The notes under the pieces are model-generated. The model made no database searches and was not told the DNA's origin. It worked only from the letters and a program-made list of their open reading frames with translations. A DNA stretch of 63,980 bases, the filler included, from Sphacelaria rigidula (Eukaryota), in NCBI GenBank assembly GCA_964200075.2. It is 3 parts of 3 records of this genome, joined end to end, with 100 filler letters (N's around TTAATTAATTAA, not from the genome) between each part and the next. Parts side by side here need not be neighbours in the genome. Positions count along the whole stretch, not along the records: positions 1 to 21,687 come from CAXNAA020000395.1; 2 more parts are not named here. One strand, written 5' to 3'. How positions within the stretch are numbered: the first letter of the stretch is position 1; every line of letters begins with the position of its first letter. Positions 1 to 11,529 of the stretch are shown here, piece after piece. Position numbers and translations under genes: made by a program.

Positions 1-865
1 CCGTTTGGGGGGGGGTGCGGCGCGGTGGGGGGGGGGGGGGGGGGGGGGGGGGGGGATTTGTTTGGCGGATTTGTTTGGCGGATCTTTTCAGCGCCGTCTG
101 TAGTTCAACACGAACACGAGTGTACAGTAAGAAGACACCCTAGTTTTGTACAGCAAAAATACTGAACTAGGCACGAGAACTGCGCATGGTGAAAACGCTA
201 CCGCCGCTGCTCTAAGTAGCAAAAATACTGAAATAGGCACGAGAACTGCGCATGGTGAAAACGCTACCGCCGCTGCTCCAAGAAAAGAAGACAGGCGAGA
301 CACTCGGGAAAATAGGTCATACAGCAAAGACTTGAGGGCTAGTGTTAACGACGGGCGTACCTCCTGCCCGCCTTCCACCTCGCTGTGTTTGGTGGTGACT
401 ACACGAGCTTCGAGGGATGACTGCCACGCCACTGGCACGGATAGATGGCGCATGGTAACAGCGGGTTCCCGAAAGATCGATGGCGGATCCAGTTTGGCTA
501 ACACGAGCCACTGGATCACAATGTGTGACACGCTAGATGCCATACAACAGCCCCGTGTCGCTTTAACGTGGAATATATCCATACCCATTGTTCCTTGAGC
601 TTGAAGTGCGAAGTCTTCAAGTACTCAGTTTCGCGATCGACCCATCACTATCGGCTTGGCATGAGCCGTGGGTCGACAATTGTTGTATCAAGCCACGTAA
701 GCAAGGGGGAGGGAAGGGGGGGCGTGTGGGCACCCAAGGTCACGAAAAATTATAGATGAGTGCGAGGCCTCCTTGCACCGGCAAATATTTCCCCAAAAGC
801 GAAGAAACGAAAAGGAAACCACAGGCGAAAATTATAAAAGCTGGCGGTAATTCCACGACTATCAC

Positions 866-1046
866 CTCCTCGTCGTCAGTGACCTCGACCTCCTCGTTGA
901 CCCGCTTCATGTAACCCCCTTCCATGTACGTCCTAGTCTTTGTCACGATCTTCGTTCGCTTTGTCCTCACCCCCGGCTCGCCACCACCATCACCATCTCC
1001 ATTTACCGCCGCCCCGTTCTTGGAAGTAAACTTGTCCATCGCACCG
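866..1046 (-). CDS. POLD3: POLD3-like C-terminal exon; terminal PIP-box exon expected beyond the window start
   Basis: gtcag|CGGTGCGATG ... GAGGAG|gtgat; RTKRTKIVTKTRTYMEGGYMKRVNEEVEV resembles the conserved KRVLKSKTYLDGEGCIVTEKVYE-type motif of POLD3. Confidence 0.75.
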
Positions 1047-2219
1047 CTGACATTTGTCCATAGTAAAATAAAAGACGACGACAAAAGACGAACCGAAAAT
1101 GGCTCGATTAAATCAAGCAAGTTGCTGCAACCACATTTTTTTTTTTAGTTCATGGAACGAAACTACATAATTTAAAAAAAAAATTGCATTGACCGACCCC
1201 GGAGGACTTGATATTCGACACCCGGGTACGAGGTAGAGCTGTTTTCTTTTTGGGACAAAATTCCCACGGAAGACAGGTCCGTGAACAAAGCTTAAACGAC
1301 GCATTTCTTGTCGGGGGGAGGGGGGTGCAATACAGAGCTGCAGACACATGACCATGAGCCGAAAACACTTAGTGTTATTGCGGCATGCTAAGGTGTCAAA
1401 ATGTCAAATCTCTGGGTAGCCGACAAGAAACAACCTACGTCAACGGTGTTTGTGTGTGCTTGGGGGTGTGTGCTTGGGGGTGGGGGGGGTCATGGGTGAT
1501 ATATGCAATTCGCTACGTAAAATACTGCCAACAACAGCAGAACTTTGCTCAGGAGAACGTGCGCCCTCACCGCAACTCCAGGCAACCTGATCTAAAAAAC
1601 GAAACAGCCTGCTATTGAATTTGCCGCTTGTCGTAGCCCTGGAAAAAAATACGGAAGTCATGAAACGGTTTGGTTCTACCATGTTACTCGGAGGAAATCG
1701 ACAGCTAGCTCGCCGACGGTCTCCGACATACCCGAGTAGCAAAGCCGCTCCTGTTTGCTTCATCTTTCACGAAACCTAGAGGGGGAAACACTGGAATTTT
1801 CGGCGAATTGTTGAAAAATGATGGAAAAATGAACGACACGGATTGACCAGGCGGCTGCGACCGCCCGTAGCTCTCATCCATTCAGCTTTCTAGTTTTGTT
1901 CCGAAAATGATCCAAAACATGATCAATTGATGTAATATCAACGAGTAATCCATACCGTGGACAATAGACTACGTTGTCAACAAATGTACTGCGTACAGTA
2001 GGGGATATTTTCCTTAGCACGGTCGGACAAAATCACAGTTAATACGGGTTGACTCCCCTTGAGTGTTGAATGCGAATCGTGTACCAAAGAGACATCCAGT
2101 ATAAATCACGGACCGTAAAGCTGTTTATTCAAGGTCATACCGCACGAATCACAAACTGGAATGAATGTGTACACTTCAAGTAAATTCCAGGCAGGGCGTG
2201 ACATCCAGGCCAGACGTCA

Positions 2220-4140
2220 AGGGTTCGGAACCTGCTTTACTAAAAACAATATATATGTGCTATAGTTGTTTCTCGAACTCAGATAAGGGTAGCCGCCACT
2301 GTGGTTTGAAACTGTTGGCCGTGTAAAGAGTCTTGCCGGCGGGACGTCCGGGGTCGAACCCTGCTCTACCAACTTTTTTTTCAACTCGAGATTGGTTTTT
2401 CGAGCTCGGATAAGGGTAGCCGCCATTATGGTGTGAAGTTGTACGCCGTCTAAGGAGCTTCCGGGCAACACGTGACCTCCGGGCGCTTCGTCCGGGGTTC
2501 GAACTCTGCTCTAGCAACTTTTTTCTTCACTCGAGATTTGTTTTTCGAGCTCAGATGAGGGTAGCCGCCATTGTGGTACGAAGTTGTGGGCCGTGTACAA
2601 TAGTATTCCGGGCGGGACGTGACTTCCGGGCGGGTCTGTAGAGTAGTCCACCTCTAGTACACGTACAGATGCATGAGGAGCTGCAGGTTGATCCATGGAG
2701 GTTTGGATATGAACTTCGAATAATGATATTAGGTCATGATATTTTCTCTGGAGTATGCCCTTGACTGCTTGACAGTTTGTGTTCAAGGAGGTGCAAGGTT
2801 ACTTCCGATAACGAAGACTGCGTGTTTGTGAACAACACCTGTCCAAAAGTCTCCCAGCCCTAGTGAGGGAGGAAGCCCTTGGAGCAGTCTTGTGACCTTG
2901 CTCTGAGTCCAGGAGGGGTCTACAATAAACGTTTATTCAGGGATCCCGCTCGTTTCTGGCAAAGGTTTCTTTCAGCTGCGGAAAGTCTCTGCAAAAATAT
3001 TCTTGTATTGTACACAGACAGGTGTGCAGTCTGTAACGTGAGGCAGCTCGTTGAAGCTCGTTGAGCAGAGGGACGGCTACGTTGGCTGGAAGCATTGCGT
3101 GAAACTCAGGAAGAATGGCAGCGCGCACGAAAGGAGGTGGGAGCGATGCAGGCGATGAGGTGACGTTTGAATTTACTGAGCTCATGTCAGGTGGATCGCT
3201 CAAAGCACCGGAGTACGGACGGCATTTCAGCGAAGATCCTCCAGACGGTTTTCTTCAAAAATATAGGGATTCCGAAGAGAGCGTACAAGTAAGCAATAAG
3301 GGGAGGACAGTTCAGGCCGCTTTATTGACCGTGACAGAACTCGTGCCCAAGCACATTCGCGCGGGTTTATCACGTACAATACTTGACGGGTCGGTACTCT
3401 ATGATAAACATCTGAAGGAGGCACTAGGTTTGAGTAAGCCACGACCGGAAATTGCCGTTGACTGAGTTATGACTTCACTGAATTCGATTGAGACGCTGTC
3501 TTCAAGTGTCGTTGTTCAGCGTTTTGCAAATCATCATCTTTGTCAACATGGCATTGCATGATCGTGTGTCACGAACAGGCGGACAAAGGTAGCAGGAACG
3601 TGATTGTCGGTGTCTACTGTTTGTCAAACTCGCCTTCTACTTTGAGTAGTGCGGAGTTTGGGGGGGGGGGGGGGTGCTGTAGAGTAGTCCACTTCTAGTA
3701 CACGTACAGATGCATGAGGACCTGCAGGTTGGTCCATGGACGTTAGGATATGAACTTTGAATAATGATATTGGGTCATGAGATATTCTCTGGAGCATGAC
3801 CATGACTGCTTGACAGTACATGTGTTCAAGGAGGTGCAAGGTTACTTCCGATAACGAAGATTGCGTGTTCGTGAACAACAACTCTTTTGAAGTCTCCAAG
3901 CCCTAGTGAGGGAGGAAGCCCTTAGAGCAGTCTTGTGACCTTGCTCCGAGTCCAGGAGAGGCCTACGGGTCGAACCCTGCCTCACCAACTTTTCCTTCAA
4001 TCGAAATCTGTTTTTCAAGCTTCGACGAGGGTAGTCGTTTCAGTGGCTTGACGTTACAGGCCGCGCAAAGAGGCTTCCGGGCGGGACGTCCGAGATTCGA
4101 ACGCTGCTTCACCAGCTCTTCTTCTCAACTCCAGAATTGA
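2220..4140. repeat. Diverged tandem repeat, ~125-145-bp unit, interrupted by the LTR element
   Basis: Recurrent GGGTCGAACCCTGCTCTACCAACTT...GAGCTCRGATRAGGGTAGCCGCCA at ~2221, 2350, 2494, 3967, 4090. Confidence 0.75.
2637..3966 (+). mobile_element. Small non-autonomous LTR retroelement (TRIM-like)
   Basis: Direct repeats 2637-2924 and 3678-3966 (TGTAGA...CTACA / CTAC), 5-bp TSD GGGTC (2632-2636, 3967-3971), poly-G polypurine tract just before the 3' LTR, ~750-bp internal region with 116-aa ORF 3115..3465. Confidence 0.85.
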
Positions 4141-4169
4141 AAGTCGAGCTAGATCAGACGAACCAAGGG

Positions 4170-4560
4170 TTCAATGTACGTACGATTCATATATCCTGTA
4201 TGAATCATGGGTGGGAAACGTGTACGTATGATCCATTTCGTATCAATGGAAGGTGAGGAACATGTGCATATGCTTCATGCTGCATGAATGGATATTGGGA
4301 AACATGTGCCTGTGGTTCACTTTGTATGAATGGAAGGCGAGAAACGTGTGCCTGTGATTCATACTGCATGAATGAAGAAGGGAAACACATGTACGCTTGA
4401 TTCACCTCGTATAAATGGAAGGTGCGAAACAGGTATCCATGATTCATGCTCACGAACGCAAGGTGGAGAACATGTAGATGAATCACGTGATTCATGTTGT
4501 ATGAATCAAAGTGGAGAGAATACGGCATGTAGCTGTGATTTATATGCCGTATCAATCGAA
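4170..4560. repeat. ~41-bp minisatellite, block 1
   Basis: Repeated GAAACRTGTACGTATGATTCATGCTGCATGAATGGAAGGTGA-like units. Confidence 0.8.
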
Positions 4561-5128
4561 GGTTTCGTACTACTGTTGTCTGCTGTCCGCTTTACAGATT
4601 GTGCAGTACTGCGCTGTGCCGTGCTCGCTGTCCGCTGGCTGCAGTGGGCGCTGCCGGAGTGTTTCCGACAACTCAGGCAAACATGCGGGGACGACTCTTG
4701 GAGAACTAGTGCAGTCTAAAGCAGTCCTTGTACTGTTTCATACATTAAGACCAACCATACCGCAGAACAAAACATGAAAGGCTGGAAGGCTGTCAGTAGC
4801 TTAGCTCGGGAAAATAAACAGCTACAAGAATCACTCTAGGCGCGCAGACGCGGGTTGTGCCGTGTTGTACCTTACTGTCCGCCGACTGCGGTGTACGCTG
4901 CCCAAGTTTCCCCGAAAACTTCTGCAAACATGCGAGGACGACTCGTGCTGGTGCTGTGTTTTTCGCAAGTATTCATGATATGGCGTACAGAACGTTCAGG
5001 TCAACTGCACCACAGAACACATGAAACCACAACGGCTGTCAATAACATAGCTCGGGGGGAAAAATGGCTAGAAAAACCGTTCTGGGATCGCAGACGCGTG
5101 TGTTGTTCTACAGTTCATCTGTCACGAG

Positions 5129-6127
5129 TAGTGTTGTGAACTGGTTTGGTTAACCAGCTAACTGGTCGCAAATACTATAACCAGTTACAGTTTTCAGCTA
5201 AAACTGGATAACTGGCGGCGAAACCGCCCCGCGACGACTCCGCTAGCGCTGCCTGGCAAGGCAACGCAGCGGAGTCGCGTAAGCCCCCCCCGTGGTCAAT
5301 GGTCAAACGGAGGCAAGCAACAATTGAGTACGCCCCCACCCCACCCCCCGGGCTGGTGAGGAGGCCGCGCCGGAGGCCAGAAAAATACGCCATTTGGCTC
5401 CACATCTCTTCAAAATTGCGCGGTAAATTCTAGCCGCCTAGCGCCAGCAATTCGAGCACGTAATCGGTGCACAAATAAATATGTGTAACTAGGGAAAAAA
5501 GAAATATCACTGAATCTTGTGACGTGAATGAACAAAACGAAGCGGTGAGCCTGTAGTGCAGCATACATCGTGTTCCACGTATACCACCCAAGCGCCTCGA
5601 ACTACTGGTAGCACGACAACTTGGTGATGTTTTTGAGTGTGACTTCATGAGCCAGGAAAAGTCTACAGAAATCTCGACTCTTCATCATTCTTCAGTATCA
5701 CATTGACCGGCCACCACTAAACGCTCAACGCTTGATGCTGACAGAATAAAGCAAGGCGCACACAACAACGCTACGAAACGCACTCTAGCTTCACATCTCA
5801 GGTGCGTTCGATCAACAATTGGCCGTGCCCAATCTCTATTTTTTATATATATTAGAATATATTGCCTGCGATATTCGTGTCTACGTGTGAGGTCTGTGCG
5901 CTGTGCGGTCATGTACTCGCCTCTGTAACAGCGTCCCCACGGTCATTGTAGTACAATACCCCAAAAGTATCCACTTGAGTATGACACATTTGTACACAAC
6001 ACTTCGGAGTATGACATATTTGTCGGGTAAAAAAACTGGTTCAACTGGTTGCAAAGCCGATAAGGTAACCAGTTGTACCAGCTGCCTGTAACTGGTCAGT
6101 TAGACTGGCAGCCAGTTCACAACTCCA
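5129..6127. mobile_element. hAT-type MITE / non-autonomous DNA transposon
   Basis: Imperfect 16-bp TIRs (TAGTGTTGTGAACTGG 5129-5144; CCAGTTCACAACTCCA 6112-6127), 8-bp TSD GTCACGAG/GTCACGTG, clustered subterminal AACTGG/CCAGTT motifs. Confidence 0.8.
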
Positions 6128-6269
6128 GTCACGTGATACAAAAATTGAAATAAGGTTACAAAAATTGAAATAAGGTTAATTGCATACTTGGCTCTTGAGA
6201 GGTTTGCGACCTGTAAGTTCTCATTTGCCTTCCCCGCCAGCAAAAGGCCGCGCCAACGAAGAGTTGCAC

Positions 6270-6800
6270 CCCATAAAATGATAGGTGGGAAACAACATGT
6301 CCCAATGATTTAGATCATATGAACAGAAGGTGGTGAACATGTACGTATTATTCAAGCTCCATAGATGAAAGGTGAGAAACATGTACACTTGATCCATCTC
6401 GTATGAATGGAAAGTAGGGAGCATGTACGTATGATTCATGCTGCATGAATGGAGATTGAGAAACGTGCACTCTTTATTCATCTCGTATGAATCGAAGGTG
6501 AGAAACGTGTACGTATGATTCATGCTGCATGAGCGGAAAATAGAAACCATGTACGCTTGATTCACCTCGTGTGGATGGAAGATGCGGAAGTGTGCATATG
6601 ATTCATGCTGAAAGACAGGGAATTGGGAAACATGTATCTATGATTCACGCCATCCTAATGGAAGGTAAAATACGTGTACCTTCGACGGTGTGTTGCATGA
6701 GTTTCGAAGTGGGAATGTGCACACCCCAAGTAGTGTCGTATGATTCACGAACCGAAAATATGTACAAATCACAACTTGAGCACGAATCGTGTGATTGATC
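6270..6800. repeat. ~41-bp minisatellite, block 2 (same family as 4170-4560)
   Basis: Same GAAACATGTAC..TGATTCAT..GTATGAATGGAAGGTGA units. Confidence 0.8.
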
Positions 6801-8389
6801 CGTCCAGATATTGAAAATGAGACGAATCACGATTTTAATCGTCCGAGCCATGGTCTATTTCAATACACGCATCAGCCTATACTGTACGCAATACACTTTT
6901 CGACAATGTCCCTTGTCCAGGGTGTGAGATAATCTAAAATAAAACGTGTTAGCCCTGCGAGCGTCCACCCGCAGACATCCGAGTCCGATATTAACTCGTC
7001 AAGTGAACAAGACGCCGGTTCAACAACAGATGGATACATTTCACGGTTAGGACAAATTATCACGACTCAAAATCACAAACTTCACGATGTCTTTGGCCTG
7101 ATTGCCCAAAAGGGAGAAAAAAGTTGATCGCTGGTCCAAGGGGTATCCACGCAACTTTTGCTCCATTTCACGTGTCTGGGCTGCGTGTACCTCGGTTGCA
7201 ACGCTGAAATAAAGCCTAGGGATTGCTTCGTCACAAGTCGACTCATCATACTAAAACCAAGTGATTTTCATACGAATCAATATTCGTCCGACCCTTGATA
7301 CGCTTGGGCGCCCAAAGGTTCAACAACTTGAACACTGCCGCATTCTACTGACATACAGCACGGAGTCATGGAACGTTCTCCAGAACCCGAAACTCTCCAG
7401 TACAAAAAAACGATGCTGTACTCGTCGGGTGCGGGGAAAAGAACGTTCGAGAGGAGCTGATCAAAATCCGACCAAGACAGGGAAAAAGGACGCTCGAAAG
7501 CGCGCATGGCAACTAGAAGGACTTCCACATAGAACCTCTATGACACCGTCAGAGCTACGAGCTGGGCCAGCCAGCAGTAGGTGGTTTTCTCGCTCAGGCG
7601 ACGCACGGCGTGATATTAGAAGTTGGACGCTGAAATTTTGACAGCAGCTTTTTATGATCGACATGAAGAATATCACGTGAGCAGCAGAAAAAAAAGGGAG
7701 GTTATGGGGATTTGAAAATTCAGCAAAAAAGCCCAGGAAAAAAAATGAGACGCTGCAGCTGCTCACGGGATGTATCATTTCCTTGGGTGCAGAAGGTCTT
7801 CGTGAAATTTGAGCTGAAGAGTCATCGAATTGGGTCGTGCGTGCAGCGTTTTGCGTGACGCTGCTGCACCCCTATAATTCAAGTGATGGGAGACTCCGAT
7901 TAAGGAGGTCACGATTTCGAACCCCGACAGATTATTTCTTGTTTTTCGTCCGTCGTTGAGGTTATATATTATGCAGTGCATTTTTCTTCATCTCTTTCGG
8001 TGCCGTGTGTTACCAGGTTAGTCTGGACTTCACAGTGATATGCTCACCTCGGGTTTTTTCGGGAAACTGGGAAAGCTGTGGTGTGAGCAACTTTGAGCCG
8101 CTTCAAAGCTGACCCAGCTCGTAGTAAGATACTCAACAGAATTTGTAGCAAGGCAGAATTATACCAAGGTCGCAGCTTTGTTCCAGAAAATACGTTCCAC
8201 ATTGCGGACCAATTCACGACGTATTTTAATCTGAGACCATTACAACATCCGACTCGTGCGTTGTCCTGGTGGTTTTCGTGGAATCGTCGAGCACGAATAA
8301 AAACGACCGAGGCAGAACTCGATAGGATGACAAACCAGATTCTTGCTCCTTTCAGCGATACTTTCACGAGCCAAAGTATCCCCCTCCCC

Positions 8390-9870
8390 TCAAGGAATTG
8401 CACAAGGATGTACATTATCACCCACTCTATTTAAGGTGTTTATTCATGACCTGATATTTGCGATAAAAGCAGGAAAGCAAGGAGTCAAGGTGGGTAAAGA
8501 TATGGTATCAGGATTGACGTTCGCGGATGAGCGCGGATGATTTTGTGGGGATTTCAGGAACAGCAGAAGGGTTACAGCAACAGATAGACAAGACACTAGA
8601 ATACACTAGGAAATGGAGAGTGACAGCGAATGTTGACGAATACGCGGTACTCGTCTGTAGCGAAGATAAGTATCATGTATAGTTCAAATGGAAGTGGGGA
8701 GATGAGGAACTTTCCATCGTGAACCAGTATATATACCTTGGCGCAGATATCTCAAAAACCTGTTCTTGGGATACACACATAAATAAAGTAACACAAGAGG
8801 GTAAGGAACAAATAGGGTGGACGTGATCTTCAGATATTCGCATCTAGACACTAGGATCAAGCGATGTATCCTGATGAACGTGATTGTACCAAAGCTGGAA
8901 TATGCAGGAGAACGATGGGAGGGGTACGTGAAGTTGGTGACGAAGTTGGAAACAGTACAGATGGCAGCAGCTAAGAAAATACTTGGGTGCTCGAAAACGA
9001 CGAGTAATACAGCATTGAGAGCAGAGTTGGGAATGTACTCGCTTAAAACAAACATAAACATGAGAAAATTGCGATGATAATATAGCGTAAAGAACATGCA
9101 GGTGAAAAGATTTCCAGCTATAGTTGATAAGGCTGTATGGAAGAAGATTATAAAAGGGTAGGCTGGATTAGGGTGGGATAGAGAAGTCGAGAGAGTATGG
9201 AAGGAGATAAGAGGAGACCAAGATGAAGTACTGTCCAGGTGAGTGCCCGGAGTACAAGACAAAAGTAAAAGGCATGATGGAAATAAGGGGAAAAGAAGCG
9301 CTCAGACGCAAAGTAGACAAACAAGAACACCTGAAAATATACGGGGGATTGAGAAAGGGGATAAAACGAAAACATATCCGCGTGGCCTAATGGACGAGGC
9401 GCAAAATTGAAGCTTCGATTTCGGGTTGGGGACCTGGACCTGCCAGAAAGAAGAAATATGTATACCAGTAGTCGAAAGGAGGAGGGGGTAGATGCACAGA
9501 ATTGCCCCTGTGGCGAAGCAATAGAGAGCAGAGGTCATAGTGGCAGAATGTGAACTGTACAAGGAGTAACGGGACGGGTTAGAGGGGTAAATGCGGGACG
9601 TGAACGCAAGTGGCATGAAATCGTTGATGCATTAGACAGTAGCGAAAAAAACGATGGCTATACTAGGGGATAGATGGTGGCCGTAGACAGCGAAACAGGA
9701 CGAGGATAGGGTAAGGCTTTTGTGTAGTGTATAGAAGAAACGTAATGGGCACCTAAATGTTGGACACGTCTCCATTAGGAGTAGAAACGGTGCTCCGTCT
9801 CAAAAGAGATGCGTGGTTAATGGTCAAACGGCTAGTGCAAGCAACAAATAAGTACCCCCCCCCCCCTCCC
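8390..9870 (+). mobile_element. 5'-truncated, decayed non-LTR retrotransposon (LINE) reverse transcriptase
   Basis: QGCTLSPTLFKVFIHDL, GLTFAD, YIYLG, VIVPKLEYAGERW, TALRAELGMYSL motifs with stops/frameshifts; 3' tail also seen as short copies at ~5290-5350 and ~35590-35870. Confidence 0.85.
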
Positions 9871-10045
9871 TCCCCTCCGGCTTGTCCTCGTTCCGCTTCA
9901 CCTCCCCATTTCCACATCCCCATGGACACCCGTGTTGGTGTTGCGAGCAACCGATATTTCAGAACAGTTTATTGATGCCGTGTCCTGCTCCCCCTTTCCT
10001 CCCCGGAAACGCCTCCACGCACAAGACACACACACACACACACAC

Positions 10046-11117
10046 CTGACGGGCTTTTTGGCCTTGTCCTCGTCTTCCTCATCTTCGCTTTCGTATCGAC
10101 CCTTCCTCTTGCCGCTAACTCCCTTCTCGGCCCTGTCCACCTCTTTGTTGTTTCTCTTCCTTCGCTTTTTGCCGTCCTCACTAGCACCGTCCCGCTCATC
10201 GCTTCGTTTCTCCCCCTCGCTATCGCCCGCCGCCCCCTTCTTCTTGCTCGCCGACGAGGCGGCCGTCTTTTTGCTCTTAGAACCACCGCCGTTGTCACTT
10301 TTACTTTTTTTCGCTGTTGGTGTATCTTCCGCAGACTTCTCATCATCGTCTTCTCCAGATACTGACGGTACCGTCCCGTCGCTCGACCGCTTCTTGCCAC
10401 GCGTATTGCCTCGTTTATCGGCAGACGGAGCACCATCACCAGACCTCCCCTTGGCAGCAGCAGCCGCCGGCTTTTCTTCTCGTTTGCCTCCATCATCATC
10501 TTCATCATCGCTACCGCTTTCTTCGGCAGCGGCGGACCTCTTAGACTGGGTCGAGTTTGCTTTTATCTTCGATGCCTTGGTTTTCGCGGCGGCGTCAGCG
10601 GCAGGTGTGGCACTGTCGCCATCATCGTCATTCCATTCTTCCTCGTCGTCATCGTCATCGCTCCCGGCCGCGACTCGGCTTCTGCCAGCGGAGTTCTTGA
10701 TCAGCTTTTTTCTCGCGCCATTTTGTTGCTTTTGTCGTTCAGTTGCGTGATCGCTGCCGCCGTTGATCTTCTCGGCAGCAGCAGCAGAAGCAGCACCTTC
10801 TCCTTCCCCCGTGTCCCCGCTGGTCTGTTTCCTCTTGTGCTGCTTTACCTCCGTCGCCGAGGCTTTCGTCGACGACTGCGAAGGATCATCGTCCGTATCG
10901 ACCCCATGCTCTTCCCCCCGATCGTCCGCCTCTTTATCAGAAGATGTCCCATCGTTATCGTCATCACCAAAATGGTCGCCGCCGTCTTCCCCCTTCTTCT
11001 CTTTCGAGGCAGCCACAGCGTTGGTGTTCTCATTGCTGAAGCTGCTGTTGTTGCCACTGCTCGCACTACTAGTAGCCACGCTTGCCTTTGCAGTAGTCGT
11101 TGTTGGTGCTGCTGCTG
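10046..11117 (-). CDS. POLD3: POLD3-like large low-complexity charged exon
   Basis: Open K/E/D/S/A-rich frame (ORF 9898..11079), ctgacag acceptor (followed by further CAGs) and AG|gtgtgt donor; phase 1 in, phase 2 out. Confidence 0.75.
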
Positions 11118-11529
11118 CTGTCAGTATTCAACGTCATGGTGTTTGGCGTGGTTGTTTGGCGTGCCATGCGTGCACACAGCGTGCGAGCACGAGAAACGCA
11201 GCAATTAAAAAGCACAGGCGGAAGACAAGTCAGCCCAAACGCAGGAAAAAAGGCGCCGTAGTAGCAACAAGAGGCACAAGATGAGGCACGCAGGCATCAG
11301 GGAGAAGGAAGGAATCCATCACTCGACTACAAGAAGCAGCCAAGATATTGACCAAAGCAAATGGCGCAGCTTTTGGCATCACACAGCAAAACCGTCTGCA
11401 CGTCGGTACGTGCGTGTGCGTACGAGATCACGGTATGGATGCGCACGCCGCCGACAGCATGAACACTCTTGCCAACGGTGTTACCTAGCTTTGGTACATG
11501 CATGTAATCGGGACAAAGTGTAGCAGGCA

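Noticed and set aside
9932-11284. Plus-strand ORFs of 160-270 aa
   Set aside because: Antisense shadows of the low-complexity POLD3-like exon
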